Shown here: positions 48,880 to 61,022 of the stretch, in pieces
How positions within the stretch are numbered: position 1 is the first letter of the stretch
Layout: the number at the start of each line of letters is the position of its first letter
Source of the DNA: an uncultured delta proteobacterium
GTDB taxonomy: Bacteria; Desulfobacterota; Binatia; HRBIN30; BPIQ01
NCBI GenBank assembly: GCA_963761335.1
Contig: CAVXGR010000012.1
Location: 384,001-448,000 of the forward strand
DNA length: 64,000 bases
Direction of reading: 5' to 3'
Program-made: the position numbers and the translations under genes
Notes under the pieces: generated by a model
Databases searched by the model: none
The model's input: only the letters and a program-made list of their open reading frames with translations
Told to the model about the DNA's origin: nothing

Positions 48880-49242
48880 ATGCGGCAAATGCGTTTCTTC
48901 CCGGGGTTGGTGGGGTTTCTTTGCGGGGTGCTCGTGGGAGCCTTTCTCGGAGCCTATCTGGTCACATCCTGGCCATCGCCTCCGACGGATCGGCCGGCGG
49001 CACTCTCGCCCGAGGCTGATCAGCTACGCCAGCGGCTCGAGGCGTCGGAGCGGCAGAAAGAGGATCTCAACCGGCAGATGGGGCAGTTTCGCGAGATTGC
49101 CGAGCGGATGACTGCAAGCTTCAACGACCTGGAGCGCCGTTTCAACGCCCTGGCGGCGCAGCTCCGCCAGGACCAGGGATCAGCCGGATCGGCCATCACC
49201 CCGGCCGCAGGGCTCGCCGCCACACCACCCGCCGGCCGCTGA
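48880..49242 (+). CDS. Small membrane-anchored coiled-coil hypothetical protein
   Basis: N-terminal TM (GLVGFLCGVLVGAFLGAYLV) followed by a heptad-rich helix. Confidence 0.6.
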   Translation: MRQMRFFPGLVGFLCGVLVGAFLGAYLVTSWPSPPTDRPAALSPEADQLRQRLEASERQKEDLNRQMGQFREIAERMTASFNDLERRFNALAAQLRQDQGSAGSAITPAAGLAATPPAGR

Positions 49243-49264
49243 GCAGGCCGTTTCAAAAGCAAGC

Positions 49265-49314
49265 GTAGGAGCGCCGTCCCGGCGCTTTCCGAAGCGGCGA
49301 GACGCGGCTTCTAC
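49265..49314. repeat. GTAG-type REP inverted doublet (REPIN/BIME-like)
   Basis: GTAGGAGCGCCGTCCCGGCGC and, on the minus strand, GTAGAAGCCGCGTCTCGCCGC in inverted orientation. Confidence 0.6.
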
Positions 49315-49373
49315 TTTGGCCCGCGGGCCGGTGCGGGAGCCTGCCGATCTGGGCCGACCGGAGCCCGCGCCGC

Positions 49374-50735
49374 TCAGATCTCCTGTGCCTCGCCGAAGAC
49401 GACCTCGTCCTCGGCGCGGTCCTCGAAGCGCGTGTACTCCGACATGAACGTCAGCTCGACGGTGCCGATCGGCCCGTTGCGCTGCTTGCCGATGATCACC
49501 TCGGCGGCGCGTTCCTCGGCGTTCTTGTCGTAGACGAACCCTCGATAGAGAAACATGATGACGTCGGCGTCCTGCTCGATGGCGCCGGACTCGCGCAGGT
49601 CAGCCATCACCGGGCGCTTGTCGGCGCGCTGCTCGACCTGCCGGTTGAGCTGCGAGAGGGCGATCACCGGCACGCTCAGCTCCTTGGCCAGGGCCTTGAG
49701 CGAGCGCGAGATTCCGGCGATCTCCTGCTCGCGGTTGTCGGCGCCCGCGCCGCCGCGCATCAGCTGCAGGTAGTCGATGACGATCAAGCCGAGCTTGGAG
49801 TCGCGCTCGCGTTTCAGCCGCCGCGCCTTGGCGCGGAGCTCGAGAACGCTCAGTGCCGGCGTGTCGTCGATGTAGATCGGCGCCTCGGCCAGGCGACTGG
49901 CGGCGAGCGCCAGCTTGGGGAAGTCGCGCTCGGCGGCAAAGCCGGCGCGCACCTTGGACTGATCGGTGCGCGCTTCCGAGCAGAGCAGGCGGAGCACCAG
50001 CTGCTCCTTCGACATCTCCAGCGAGAAGACGGCCACGCCGACGTTGGCGTGGAGAGCGGCGTACTCCGCCAGGTTCAGGGCAAACGCCGTCTTCCCCATG
50101 CTCGGCCGCCCGGCGACGATGACCAGGTCCCCCTTCTGGAGCCCCGCCGTCTTCTTGTCGAGGTCGGTGAACCCGGTGGGCACGCCGGTGACCAGCTCCT
50201 TGCGCTCGTAGAGCTGCTCGATCGCCTTCATCGACTCGACCATGATGTCGCGCAGGCGGAAGAACGTCGGGCGCACCTTGCGCTCGGAGATCGCGAAGAT
50301 CTTGTGCTCGGCTTCGTCGAGAAAGGTGTCGACGTCGACGCGCGTCTCGTAGCCGGCGGCGGCGATCTCGGTCGCCGTCTGCACCAGGGCGCGGAGAATC
50401 GCCTGCTCGCGCACGATGCGGGCGTAGTGCTCGACGTGGGCGGCGGTGGGCACGCGCTCGGCGAGCTCCCCGAGGAACGCCGAGCCGCCGATCTCCTGCA
50501 GCTCGCCGCGACGCCGGAGAGCATCCGCCAGGGTCACCAGATCCACCGGCTCGGAGCGCTCGCTGAGGTCGATGACGGCGCGCATCACCTTGCGATGCGA
50601 CTCGCGGTAGAAGTCGTCGGGTGAGACGAACTCCAGAGCCCGGTCGAGAGCGGCATTGTCGAGTAGGATGCCGCCGATCACCGCCTCTTCCGCCTCCAGG
50701 TTCTGCGGCGGAAGCCGTCGCAGAGGTTCTCCCAT
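49374..50735 (-). CDS. dnaB: Replicative DNA helicase
   Basis: PPQNLEAEEAVIG, AGRPSMGKT, FSLEMS, IDYLQLM, DLRESGAIEQDAD, KQRNGP. Confidence 0.97.
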   Translation of the reverse strand: MGEPLRRLPPQNLEAEEAVIGGILLDNAALDRALEFVSPDDFYRESHRKVMRAVIDLSERSEPVDLVTLADALRRRGELQEIGGSAFLGELAERVPTAAHVEHYARIVREQAILRALVQTATEIAAAGYETRVDVDTFLDEAEHKIFAISERKVRPTFFRLRDIMVESMKAIEQLYERKELVTGVPTGFTDLDKKTAGLQKGDLVIVAGRPSMGKTAFALNLAEYAALHANVGVAVFSLEMSKEQLVLRLLCSEARTDQSKVRAGFAAERDFPKLALAASRLAEAPIYIDDTPALSVLELRAKARRLKRERDSKLGLIVIDYLQLMRGGAGADNREQEIAGISRSLKALAKELSVPVIALSQLNRQVEQRADKRPVMADLRESGAIEQDADVIMFLYRGFVYDKNAEERAAEVIIGKQRNGPIGTVELTFMSEYTRFEDRAEDEVVFGEAQEI

Positions 50736-50811
50736 CGCTTCCCTCACCCCCGGCCCGCCTTCATAGCAGGAGTCGGCCTCGGGAAAAAGGTCGAAGTGAT
50801 CCTCCTGCGGC

Positions 50812-51582
50812 TCAGAGGCCGACGATGTTGTAGCCGGCGTCCGCGTACACCACGGTTCCGGTCACCGCGCTGGCCATGTCGCTGCAGAGATAGAGGGCCG
50901 AGCGGGCCACTTCATCGGCGCCGATGTTGCGCCGCAGCGGCGCCATCTCCGCCTGATGGTGCAGCATGTCGCGAAACCCAGCGATTCCCGCGGCCGACAG
51001 GGTGCGGATCGGACCGGCGGAGATGGCGTTGACGCGGATTCCTTCCGGGCCGAGATCGGCGGCCAGGTAGCGCACCGTCGCTTCCAGCGCCGCCTTGGCG
51101 ACGCCCATGACGTTGTAGTTCGGCAGCGCCCGCTGCGATCCGAGATAGGTGAGCGTGAGAATCGACCCGCGGCGTCCCGCCATCAGCGGCGCTGCGGCGC
51201 GGGCCAGGGCGAGCAGGGAGTAGGCGCTGACGTCGAGGGCGACGTGAAAGCCCTGGCGACTGGTATCGATGAAGCGGCCCTTGAGGTCTTCGCGAACGGC
51301 GAAGGCGATCGCGTGCACGAGGATGTCGAGGCCACCCCAGCGCTCGCGCAGGGCGACGAACGTCTTGTCGACGTCGGCGTCGCTGCTGACGTCGCACGGC
51401 AGCACCAGCTCGACCCCGAGCGACTCGGCGAGCGGACGCACGCGCTTCTCCAGCGGCGCGCCGGCGTAAGAGAGCGCGATCTCGGCGCCGGCGGCGTGCA
51501 TTGCCTGGGCGATGGCCCAGGCGATGCTGTGATCGTTGGCGACACCGAAGACGACCGCCTTCTTGCCCGCGAGCATTCCCAT
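50812..51582 (-). CDS. fabI: Enoyl-ACP reductase
   Basis: GVANDHSIAWAIA, HAIAFA, YNVMGVAKAALE, ISAGPIRTLSA. Confidence 0.95.
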   Translation of the reverse strand: MGMLAGKKAVVFGVANDHSIAWAIAQAMHAAGAEIALSYAGAPLEKRVRPLAESLGVELVLPCDVSSDADVDKTFVALRERWGGLDILVHAIAFAVREDLKGRFIDTSRQGFHVALDVSAYSLLALARAAAPLMAGRRGSILTLTYLGSQRALPNYNVMGVAKAALEATVRYLAADLGPEGIRVNAISAGPIRTLSAAGIAGFRDMLHHQAEMAPLRRNIGADEVARSALYLCSDMASAVTGTVVYADAGYNIVGL

Positions 51583-51608
51583 CGCGTCCCCGCCGACGAT
51601 GCCGGCCG

Positions 51609-52832
51609 TCAGCCGCGCACCTCGAGGATGGTGGCGGCGCCCTGCCCCATGCCACCGCAGATCGCCGCCAGGCCGAAGCCGCCGCCGCGGCGGCGGAGCT
51701 CCCGGGCGGTGGTGCCGACCAGGCGGGCACCCGAGGCGCCCACCGGATGGCCGATGGCGCAAGCGCCGCCGTTGACGTTGATGCGCTCGGCGTCCGCGGG
51801 ACGCATGTCGAGCTCGCGCATCAGCGCCAGAGGGGCGCAGGCGAACGCCTCATTGACCTCGATCACCTTCATGTCGCCCATCCCCAGCCCCGCGCGCTGC
51901 AGGGCGCGGCGGGTTGCCGGAATGGCCGAGTAGATGAGGTCGGTCGGGTGACAAGCGCCGGTGGCGATGGTGTGAATGCGCGCCAGCGGCTCGAGGCCGC
52001 GCTGCCGCGCCCGCTCCGCCGACATCACCAGGCAGGCGGCGGCGCCGTCCGCCTGCCCGGAAGCGGTGGCCGCAGTGATGCGGCCGTCGGGGCGATAGAC
52101 CGGGAGCAGGCTGGAGATCTTCTCCAGGCTGGTGTCGGCGCGCGGGCCCTGGTCGTCCTCGACGAGGCAGGCGGCGCCGTCGACGGCCTGGCCCTCGACC
52201 GGCACGATCTCCTCGCGCAGCCGCGCCCGAGCGGCAACGGCCCGCTGATGGCTCAGCAGCGCCCAGCGATCCATCTCCTCGCGGCCGATATCGAGCCGCT
52301 CGCAGAGGCGCTCCGCCCCCTGGCCGCCGTTCAGGTCGATCATGTTGACCATCTCGGCCATGCGCGGGTTGGGGTTCATCGCCGAGAGCAGCGTGCCCCC
52401 CTCCTTGATCACCTCCGCCATGTCCATGCCATCCTTGACCACGGGAATGCGAAAATGCGTCATGCTGTCGAGGCCGCCGCAGATGTAGGCGTCGCCGAGG
52501 CCGCAGTGGACGTTCATGGCGCCGATGTGCACCGCCATCATCGCCGTGGTGCAGGCGCGCTCGACGCTGAGGCCGGTGACCGCGGGCGGAAAGCCGGCGA
52601 GAAAAGGGATGGCCGTGCCCGGATGCGCCTGCTCGCCCATCATCTCGACAGCGCCGAGAATGACGCCGTCCACCTCGGCGGCGGAGACCCCGGTGCGGCG
52701 CAGGATCTCCTGGAGGACGACTACGGCGAGATCATCGGAGCGCAGGTTGCGGAAGGCGCCCCTGTGCGCATCGGCCTTGGCGAACGGGGTGCGCACATAT
52801 CCGACCAGCACGGCATCGCGGAGCTCTCGCAT
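51609..52832 (-). CDS. Thiolase (acetyl-CoA C-acyltransferase)
   Basis: RTPFAK, VERACTTA, EVNEAFA, NGGACAIGHPVGASG, AICGGMGQG. Confidence 0.92.
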   Translation of the reverse strand: MRELRDAVLVGYVRTPFAKADAHRGAFRNLRSDDLAVVVLQEILRRTGVSAAEVDGVILGAVEMMGEQAHPGTAIPFLAGFPPAVTGLSVERACTTAMMAVHIGAMNVHCGLGDAYICGGLDSMTHFRIPVVKDGMDMAEVIKEGGTLLSAMNPNPRMAEMVNMIDLNGGQGAERLCERLDIGREEMDRWALLSHQRAVAARARLREEIVPVEGQAVDGAACLVEDDQGPRADTSLEKISSLLPVYRPDGRITAATASGQADGAAACLVMSAERARQRGLEPLARIHTIATGACHPTDLIYSAIPATRRALQRAGLGMGDMKVIEVNEAFACAPLALMRELDMRPADAERINVNGGACAIGHPVGASGARLVGTTARELRRRGGGFGLAAICGGMGQGAATILEVRG

Positions 52833-52860
52833 CGACGTGATTCCTCCGGGAAGGCGCGGA

Positions 52861-53736
52861 TCACTCGGCCAGGAAGGCGAGCATCTCGCGGTTGACGATC
52901 TCGGGCTTCTCCTGATGGACGAAGTGTCCCGCCTCGGGAACGATCACCTTCTTGAGGCCGCCCGGGAAGAACGCCTCCATACCCTCCAGCAGCTCCGTGC
53001 CGAGGCAGCCATCGCGGGCGCCGTAGAAGAGGAGTGTGGGTGCCGACACCGGAGCCATGGTGATGCGATCCTGCACCTCGGCCAGGCTCGGATCCTGGTT
53101 CACAGGATTGAGCATGCAGCGGTAGTATCCCAGCGCCGCCTGCAGCACACCCGGGGCGGCAAAGGTGCGCTTCAGCCGTTGCATCTCCTCGGGCTCGAAA
53201 TCCCATTGGGGAGACCAGTCGCGCCACAGCCGCTCGATGAAGGCGAAGTCATCGTGCTGCACGGCAATATCCGAGAAGGGGTGCTGGAAGAAGAACATGT
53301 ACCAGGAGCGCCGCTGCTGGTCGTAGCTGGTCATGAACGCCTGTGCCATGGACGGCCCGTGGGGCACCGCCGCGGTCACCAGCCGGCGCACGCGCTCTGG
53401 GGCGAGAATGGCGGCGCCGTAGGCGGCGATCGCGCCCCAGTCGTGGCCGAAGACGACGGCGGACTCGACGCCGAGCGCTTCGATCAGGGCGACGGCATCA
53501 GCGGCCAGACATGCCGTCTGGTAGCGTCCGTCGGCAGGCGCCTGCGTGGGGCTGTAGCCGCGCATGAAGGGCGCCACGGCGCGATAGCCGGCGCTGGCGA
53601 GGGCGGGCAGCTGATGGCGAAAGGAGTGGGCGTGATCGGGGAAGCCGTGGAGGCAGAGGGCCAGCGGACCGCGGCCCATCTCGAGAAAGCCGAACTTCAA
53701 GCCGTTGGCGGCGACGCTCCCCTGGCGAAACTCCAT
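52861..53736 (-). CDS. Alpha/beta hydrolase (epoxide hydrolase-like)
   Basis: LHGFPD, GHDWGA nucleophile motif, AGHFVHQEKP. Confidence 0.9.
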   Translation of the reverse strand: MEFRQGSVAANGLKFGFLEMGRGPLALCLHGFPDHAHSFRHQLPALASAGYRAVAPFMRGYSPTQAPADGRYQTACLAADAVALIEALGVESAVVFGHDWGAIAAYGAAILAPERVRRLVTAAVPHGPSMAQAFMTSYDQQRRSWYMFFFQHPFSDIAVQHDDFAFIERLWRDWSPQWDFEPEEMQRLKRTFAAPGVLQAALGYYRCMLNPVNQDPSLAEVQDRITMAPVSAPTLLFYGARDGCLGTELLEGMEAFFPGGLKKVIVPEAGHFVHQEKPEIVNREMLAFLAE

Positions 53737-53842
53737 GCAGTCTTCCCCTCGCCCGCTGGGATTAGTCCGCCCGGCGCCGCCCGTCAAACCGCGCGCCTGG
53801 CAGCCCGGCCACTGCGCTCGGGCCGCCCCGGAGGGCGCCGGC

Positions 53843-53873
53843 GTCTCGCCCCGGGCGCAACCCGGGGCGAGAC
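53843..53873 (-). terminator. 13-bp stem hairpin downstream of rplQ
   Basis: GTCTCGCCCCGGG-CGCAA-CCCGGGGCGAGAC; no U-tract. Confidence 0.45.
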
Positions 53874-53920
53874 TTCCACTTCGCCCAGATCAGCGTCCCG
53901 GAGGGGCGCCGGGTACTGCC

Positions 53921-54379
53921 TCAGCCGAGAGGCGGCAGCTGCGGCTGCTGCGCCTGCTCGCGTTTGCGCGCCGCCTTCTCGCGGCGCTCGCGCTTGCGCT
54001 GCGCCTCCGACTTGGCCTGCTCACCGCGATCGGTGAGCTCGATGATCGACAGGGGCGCGGCATCGCCGCGGCGGTGCCCCAGCTTGATCACCCGCGTATA
54101 GCCGCCCGGTCGGTCGCGGAAGCGCGGTGCCACCTCGTCGAACAGCTTCTTGACCACCGTCTTGCTGCGGATGAAGGCGAGTGCCTGGCGGCGGGCATGC
54201 AGCGTGCCGCGCTTGCCGAGGGTGATCATGCGTTCCGCCCAGTGCCGCAGGTCCTTCGCCTTGGCGTCGGTGGTGCGAATCTGCTCGTGCTCGAGCAGCG
54301 AGGTCACCATGTTGCGGAACAGCGCCTTGCGATGCGCGCTGGTGCGATTGAGCTTTCTTCCGGCTTTCAGATGCCGCAT
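53921..54379 (-). CDS. rplQ: 50S ribosomal protein L17
   Basis: [26 protein letters not shown]. Confidence 0.97.
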   Translation of the reverse strand: MRHLKAGRKLNRTSAHRKALFRNMVTSLLEHEQIRTTDAKAKDLRHWAERMITLGKRGTLHARRQALAFIRSKTVVKKLFDEVAPRFRDRPGGYTRVIKLGHRRGDAAPLSIIELTDRGEQAKSEAQRKRERREKAARKREQAQQPQLPPLG

Positions 54380-54400
54380 GACATTTCTCGCGGCGCCGCG

Positions 54401-55423
54401 TCAGGCGCTCTCGCGCTCCTTGGCCATTCGCTGATCGAGCTCCTCGCGGGTGGGGAAGTTCTCCAGACGCATGCCGAAGTCCAGCCCCATCTCCCGCAGC
54501 AGCTCCTTGATCTCGTTGAGCGATTTGCGACCGAAGTTCTTGGTCTTGAGCATCTCCGCCTCGCTGCGCTGCACCAGCTCGCCGATGTACTTGATGTCGG
54601 CGTTCTGCAGGCAGTTGGCGGAGCGCACCGAGAGCTCGAGCTCGGCCACCGGGCGAAACAGGTTCTCGTTGAGCGACGGCCCCGCCTCGGCCTCCACCTC
54701 GGCCGGCTCGGGCTGCTCCTCGAAGGTGACGAACACGGCGAGCTGATCCTGTAGGATGCGGGCGGCGTAGGCCACGGCGTCGTCCGGCCGCACGCTGCCG
54801 TCGGTCCACACCTCCATGGTGAGGCGGTCGTAGTCGGTGCGTTGACCGACGCGGGCATTGGTCACCGTGTAGTTGACCTTGCGCACCGGCGAGAAGATGG
54901 CGTCGATTGGGATGGTGCCGATCGGATCCGTCTCCTCCTTGTTGCGCTCGGCGGGGACGTAGCCGCGCCCGGTGCGGATGCTGAGCTCGGCGTCGAGCTT
55001 TCCCTCCTTGGAGAGGGCGGCGATGTGGTGCTCGGGGTTGAGGATCTCGACGTTCGGACCCGCCTGGATGCTGCCGGCGGTGATCTCGCCCTCGCCCTTC
55101 GCCTCGATGCGCGCCGTCTCCTGGGTGCCGTCGTGGAGCTTCAGGCGCACCTCCTTGAGATTGAGGACCATGTCGGTGACGTCCTCGCGCACGCCCGGCA
55201 CGGTGGAGAACTCGTGCAGGACGCCCTTGATGCGTACCGCCGTGATCGCCGCGCCCTGCAGCGACGACAGCAGAATGCGCCGCAGGGAGTTGCCGATGGT
55301 CAGCCCGAAGCCGCGCTCGAAGGGCTCGCCCACGAACTTGCCGTAGGTCGGCGTCAGGGTCTTGGTGTCGACTTCCAGCCGAGTCGGCTTGATGAGATCA
55401 CGCCAGTTTCGTTGTGGTTGCAT
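54401..55423 (-). CDS. rpoA: RNA polymerase alpha subunit
   Basis: [46 protein letters not shown]. Confidence 0.98.
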   Translation of the reverse strand: MQPQRNWRDLIKPTRLEVDTKTLTPTYGKFVGEPFERGFGLTIGNSLRRILLSSLQGAAITAVRIKGVLHEFSTVPGVREDVTDMVLNLKEVRLKLHDGTQETARIEAKGEGEITAGSIQAGPNVEILNPEHHIAALSKEGKLDAELSIRTGRGYVPAERNKEETDPIGTIPIDAIFSPVRKVNYTVTNARVGQRTDYDRLTMEVWTDGSVRPDDAVAYAARILQDQLAVFVTFEEQPEPAEVEAEAGPSLNENLFRPVAELELSVRSANCLQNADIKYIGELVQRSEAEMLKTKNFGRKSLNEIKELLREMGLDFGMRLENFPTREELDQRMAKERESA

Positions 55424-55465
55424 GTCTTGGCCTCCAAGAGAGCTATTGCGCTGCGGCTGCGCTCG

Positions 55466-56092
55466 TCACTTCGAGTACAGCTCGACGACCAGCTTCTCGT
55501 TCACCGGTGCGGTGAGCTCGGCACGGGTCGGCAGGGCCGCCACGCGCGCACTGAACACCTCGCGCTGGATCTGCAGCCACTCCGGCACGCCGCGCCGCTC
55601 CGCCTGCGCCATGGCGTCCTGAATGCGCGCCACGACGCGCGAGCGCTCGCGCACGCTGATCACGTCCCCGATCTTGACCAGATACGAGGGAACATCAACC
55701 TTGCGGCCGTTGACGGTGAAATGCCCGTGCCGCACCAGCTGGCGCGCCTCGGCGCGCGAGGTGGCGAAACCCGTACGGTACACCATGTTGTCGAGACGGC
55801 GCTCGAGCAGCAGCAGCAGGTTCTCACCGGTGATGCCGCGCAGCCGCTCGGCCATCTCGAAGTAGCGCCGGAACTGGCGCTCGAGCACGCCGTACATGCG
55901 CTTGAGCTTCTGCTTCTCGCGCAGCTGCAGGGCGTACTCGGAGAACTTGGCGCGCGCCTGCCCGTGCTCTCCGGGGGGATAGTTGCGCCGTTCGATGGCG
56001 CACTTGTCCGTGAAGCAGCGGTCCCCCTTCAGAAACAGCTTCAATCCTTCGCGCCGGCAGAGCCGGCAAACCGAGTCGTGATAACGAGCCAC
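55466..56092 (-). CDS. rpsD: 30S ribosomal protein S4
   Basis: [29 protein letters not shown]. Confidence 0.97.
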   Translation of the reverse strand: MARYHDSVCRLCRREGLKLFLKGDRCFTDKCAIERRNYPPGEHGQARAKFSEYALQLREKQKLKRMYGVLERQFRRYFEMAERLRGITGENLLLLLERRLDNMVYRTGFATSRAEARQLVRHGHFTVNGRKVDVPSYLVKIGDVISVRERSRVVARIQDAMAQAERRGVPEWLQIQREVFSARVAALPTRAELTAPVNEKLVVELYSK

Positions 56093-56110
56093 CGATCGAT
56101 CTCCTCGAGG

Positions 56111-56542
56111 TCAGACCCGCCGCCGCTTGGGCGGCCGGCAGCCGTTGTGCGGAATCGGGGTCACATCCTTGATGATGGACACCGCGAAGCCGGCGGTCTG
56201 CAACGAGCGCAGCACCGACTCGCGGCCCGCGCCCGGTCCCTTGACGAATACGCGCACGGAGCGCATGCCGTAGTCCATCGCCTTCTTGGCGGCGCTCTCG
56301 GCGGCGAGCTGCGCGGCAAAGGGGGTGCCCTTGCGCGAGCCCTTGAAGCCGACCGAGCCGGCGCTCGCCCAGGCAACCACGTTCCCCACTGGGTCGCTGA
56401 TGGTCACGATGGTGTTGTTGAAGGTCGAGTGGATGTGCACGACCCCTTCGCTGACCAGCTTCTTGCTGCGCTTGCGGCGCGCCTCTCCCCCTGCCTTCTC
56501 GGCAGCGGCCTTCTCTGCGGGGGCGTTCTCGTCTTTCGCCAT
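56111..56542 (-). CDS. rpsK: 30S ribosomal protein S11
   Basis: [40 protein letters not shown]. Confidence 0.98.
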   Translation of the reverse strand: MAKDENAPAEKAAAEKAGGEARRKRSKKLVSEGVVHIHSTFNNTIVTISDPVGNVVAWASAGSVGFKGSRKGTPFAAQLAAESAAKKAMDYGMRSVRVFVKGPGAGRESVLRSLQTAGFAVSIIKDVTPIPHNGCRPPKRRRV

Positions 56543-56563
56543 ACGACTCCTCGTTTCGATTTC

Positions 56564-56947
56564 CTAGCCCTTCGAGGGCGGTGACTTCTTGCCGGTAATG
56601 GCGCGTCGGGGCCCCTTGCGAGTCCGCGCATTGGTGTGGGTGCGCTGCCCGTGCACCGGCAGGTTGCGGCGGTGCCGCAGGCCACGGTACGAGCCCAGAT
56701 CCATGTAGCGCTTGATGTTGAGCGCCACCTCGCGCCGCAGGTCGCCTTCGACTCGGTAGGACTGGTCGATCACCTGGCGCAGCTTGACGACCTCGTCATC
56801 GGACAGGTCATCGGACTTCTTCTGCGTATCGACGCCGGCGCTGTCGAGAATCTTCCGCGCCGAGGTCCGGCCGATCCCAAAGATATACGTGAGCGCGATG
56901 TCGATGCGCTTGTTCCGCGGCAGATCTACGCCCGCAATGCGTGCCAT
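56564..56947 (-). CDS. rpsM: 30S ribosomal protein S13
   Basis: [31 protein letters not shown]. Confidence 0.98.
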   Translation of the reverse strand: MARIAGVDLPRNKRIDIALTYIFGIGRTSARKILDSAGVDTQKKSDDLSDDEVVKLRQVIDQSYRVEGDLRREVALNIKRYMDLGSYRGLRHRRNLPVHGQRTHTNARTRKGPRRAITGKKSPPSKG

Positions 56948-56966
56948 GAATGACGCTCCTCGCTCC

Positions 56967-57080
56967 CTAACCTTGACGCTGCTTGTGGCGCGGGTTGGTA
57001 CACAGTACCCGAATGACGCCCTGGCGGCGTATCACCTTACAGTTCTTGCAAATTCTCTTGACCGAGGCTCGAACCTTCAT
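56967..57080 (-). CDS. rpmJ: 50S ribosomal protein L36 (not in the supplied ORF track)
   Basis: Translated by hand: [37 protein letters not shown]. Confidence 0.97.
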   Translation of the reverse strand: MKVRASVKRICKNCKVIRRQGVIRVLCTNPRHKQRQG

Positions 57081-57114
57081 CACGCGATCTCCCGTCGACC
57101 GATGTCCCGTCCGC

Positions 57115-57885
57115 TCATTTTCCGCCGAGACTGCTGAGAACATAAGGGCCTTCCTCGGTGATCGCCACCGAGTGCTCGAAGTGCGCCGAGCGTCGCCCGT
57201 CCCGGGTCACGGCCGTCCAGCCGTCTTCCTTCACGATCACCTCGGGCCCGCCGGCGTTCACCATCGGCTCGATCGCCAGCACCATGCCGGCGCGCAGGCG
57301 CAGGCCCCGATCGCGGGTCCCGAAGTTCGGCACCTGCGGCTCTTCGTGCAGCTTGGTGCCGATGCCGTGGCCCACGAAGTCGCGCACCACGGAAAAACCG
57401 GCGCTCTCGGCGTGCTCCTGCACCGCCGCCGAGAGGTCGCCGATGCGGTTGCCGACCCGCGCCTGCTCGATGCCGAGCATGAGAGCGTCTCGGGCGACCT
57501 CCATGAGTCGCCGGCTCTCCTCGTCCACGCTGCCGACGGCGACGGTGACGGCGGCGTCGCCGTAGTATCCCTGGTAGCAGACGCCGAAATCCAGGCCGAC
57601 GATATCGCCTTCGCGCAGGGTGCGGCCAGGGGTGGGAATGCCGTGGACGATTTCTTCGTTGATCGAGATGCAGACGCTGGCCGGAAACACGCGGCCGCCG
57701 ACGCGATATCCCTTGAATGCCGGCTTGGCCTTGCGGCGCAGCGTCCCCTGCTCCGCCACCTCGTCGAGCTCGGCGGTGGTCACGTCCGGACGGACGCGCG
57801 CCTTCAGCTCTTCGAGCACCTCGGCGACGATCTGGCTGGCAGCGTGCATGATCTCGATCTCGCGCTTCGATTTGAGGACGATCAT
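57115..57885 (-). CDS. map: Methionine aminopeptidase type I
   Basis: [39 protein letters not shown]. Confidence 0.97.
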   Translation of the reverse strand: MIVLKSKREIEIMHAASQIVAEVLEELKARVRPDVTTAELDEVAEQGTLRRKAKPAFKGYRVGGRVFPASVCISINEEIVHGIPTPGRTLREGDIVGLDFGVCYQGYYGDAAVTVAVGSVDEESRRLMEVARDALMLGIEQARVGNRIGDLSAAVQEHAESAGFSVVRDFVGHGIGTKLHEEPQVPNFGTRDRGLRLRAGMVLAIEPMVNAGGPEVIVKEDGWTAVTRDGRRSAHFEHSVAITEEGPYVLSSLGGK

Positions 57886-58535
57886 GGGCAGCCGTCCACC
57901 TGATGGATGATGCGCTCGAATACCGCGGCCGGGGTGCCGGTGCCGTCGACCTCGCGCAGGATCTCCCGCCGGCGATAGAATTCCAGGAGCGGCCGGGTCT
58001 CGCGATCGAAGACGCCGAGCCGCGCCCGCACGGTCTCCTCGCGATCGTCCTCGCGCTGCACCAGCTCGCCGTCGCATTTGCCGCAGTGCCCGGGACGCGG
58101 CGGCGGGTCGAAATGCGCGTGGTGCATGTTGCCGCAGCAGCGACAGACGCGGCGGCCACTGATCCGCTGCACCAGCTCCTCGGTGGGAACCTCGAGGCTG
58201 ATGGCGCACTGCAGCGGGCGGCCGATCGCCTCGAGCATGCGCTCGAGCGTCTCCGCCTGGGCGAGGTTGCGCGGAAAGCCGTCGAGGAGAAAGCCGTCCC
58301 CGACCGCCTGCAGCCGCTCGCGGATCAGCTCGAGCACGAGCCCGTCGGGCACCAGCTGGCCGCGGTTCATGTAGTCCTGTGCCTTCAAACCGTTCTCCGT
58401 CTCGCGGGCGACGGCGTCTCGCAGCAGATCTCCGGAGGAGATGTGCACCAGTCCGAAATGCTCCTCGAGCAAGCGCGCTTGTGTACCCTTGCCCGCGCCG
58501 GGCGGTCCAAGAAGTATGATGCGCGAGGTGCCCAT
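57882..58535 (-). CDS. adk: Adenylate kinase
   Basis: GPPGAGKGTQ, LLDGFPR, Cys-containing LID, QREDD. Confidence 0.97.
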   Translation of the reverse strand: MGTSRIILLGPPGAGKGTQARLLEEHFGLVHISSGDLLRDAVARETENGLKAQDYMNRGQLVPDGLVLELIRERLQAVGDGFLLDGFPRNLAQAETLERMLEAIGRPLQCAISLEVPTEELVQRISGRRVCRCCGNMHHAHFDPPPRPGHCGKCDGELVQREDDREETVRARLGVFDRETRPLLEFYRRREILREVDGTGTPAAVFERIIHQVDGCP

Positions 58536-58548
58536 CCCCGGCGGTTCT

Positions 58549-59851
<1,303 letters not shown>

Positions 59852-59859
<8 letters not shown>

Positions 59860-60304
59860 CGGTGAGTACCTCCGCCGTTCCGCCCGCCGAGGCGATGGCC
59901 TGGCGCGCCGAGGCGCTGAAGCCGTGGGCGCGCACCGTCAGCGCCTTCGAGAGGGCGCCGGTGCCGAGAACCTTGACCGGCATGGCGCTGCGGCGCACCA
60001 GACCGGAGGCGCGCAGCGCCGCCGGGTCGACCGTCGCTCCCGCCTCGAACTTCTGCTCGAGCTGGGCGAGGTTGACGACGGCGAACTCGCGCCGGGTCGG
60101 ATTGTGGAAGCCGCGCTTGGGCAGGCGCCGCTGCAGGGGCATCTGCCCGCCCTCGTAGCCGGGGGGCGAAGAGCCGCCGCTGCGCGATTTGCGTCCCTTG
60201 TGGCCGCGCGTCGAGGTCTTGCCGTGGCCGGAGCCGGGGCCGCGGCCGACGCGCTTCCGCTTGCGGACCGATCCGGGGGCCGGCTTGAGATCGCTCAGGT
60301 TCAT
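59852..60304 (-). CDS. rplO: 50S ribosomal protein L15
   Basis: [30 protein letters not shown]. Confidence 0.97.
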
Positions 60305-60492
60305 GGCTTCTCCTCCACCGCCAGCAGATGTCGAACAGTGTCGATCATGCCGCGCAGAGGTGGGGTGTCGTGGCGGAGCACGGTTTTGCCGACCCGGTTG
60401 AGGCCGAGGCCGCGCAGGGTGGCGCGCTGGCGCTCGGTCTGCCCGATCGGGCTCCGTTTCAGCGTGATCTTGATGAGGGGCTGATCCGCCAT
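60301..60492 (-). CDS. rpmD: 50S ribosomal protein L30
   Basis: [25 protein letters not shown]. Confidence 0.95.
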   Translation of the reverse strand: MADQPLIKITLKRSPIGQTERQRATLRGLGLNRVGKTVLRHDTPPLRGMIDTVRHLLAVEEKP

Positions 60493-60493
60493 C

Positions 60494-61012
60494 TCAGCCT
60501 CGCAGCTCTTCCAGGGTCTTGCCGCGCTTTGCGGCGATGACCTCGGGAGCGATCAGCCCCTTGAGCGCTTCCATGGTGGCCCGCACCATGTTGTGCGGGT
60601 TGTTGGAGCCCAGGCACTTGGTCAGCACGTTGCGGATGCCGGCGAGCTCGACCACGGCGCGGATGCCGCCGCCGGCGATGACCCCGGTACCGTCCGCCGC
60701 CGGGCGCAGGAGAACCTTGCCGGCGCCGTAGTGGCCGCGCACGTCGTAGGGGATGGTGCCGTCGACCAGCGGCACGGTCACCAGCGACTTCTTGGCGCGC
60801 TCGATACCCTTGCGGATCGCCTCGGGCACCTCGTTGGCCTTGCCGAGCCCGAAGCCGACGCGGCCGTTGCTGTCGCCGACCACCACCAGGGCGCTGAAGC
60901 TGAAGCGCCGGCCGCCTTTGACGACCTTGGCGACGCGGTTGATGTGCACCACCTTTTCCTTGAGCTCGACCCCGCCGACCTCGATTCTCTCTCTGCCTCT
61001 GCCGATCGCCAT
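60494..61012 (-). CDS. rpsE: 30S ribosomal protein S5
   Basis: [24 protein letters not shown]. Confidence 0.98.
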   Translation of the reverse strand: MAIGRGRERIEVGGVELKEKVVHINRVAKVVKGGRRFSFSALVVVGDSNGRVGFGLGKANEVPEAIRKGIERAKKSLVTVPLVDGTIPYDVRGHYGAGKVLLRPAADGTGVIAGGGIRAVVELAGIRNVLTKCLGSNNPHNMVRATMEALKGLIAPEVIAAKRGKTLEELRG

Positions 61013-61022
61013 GTCTTCGTCC

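Noticed and set aside
49374..50735. Intein in DnaB
   Set aside because: Length is normal and helicase motifs are contiguous.
54842..56584. 580-aa plus-strand ORF across rpoA-rpsK
   Set aside because: Antisense to highly conserved genes.
57081..57114. Absence of infA between map and rpmJ
   Set aside because: infA lies outside this cluster in many bacteria; not unusual by itself.
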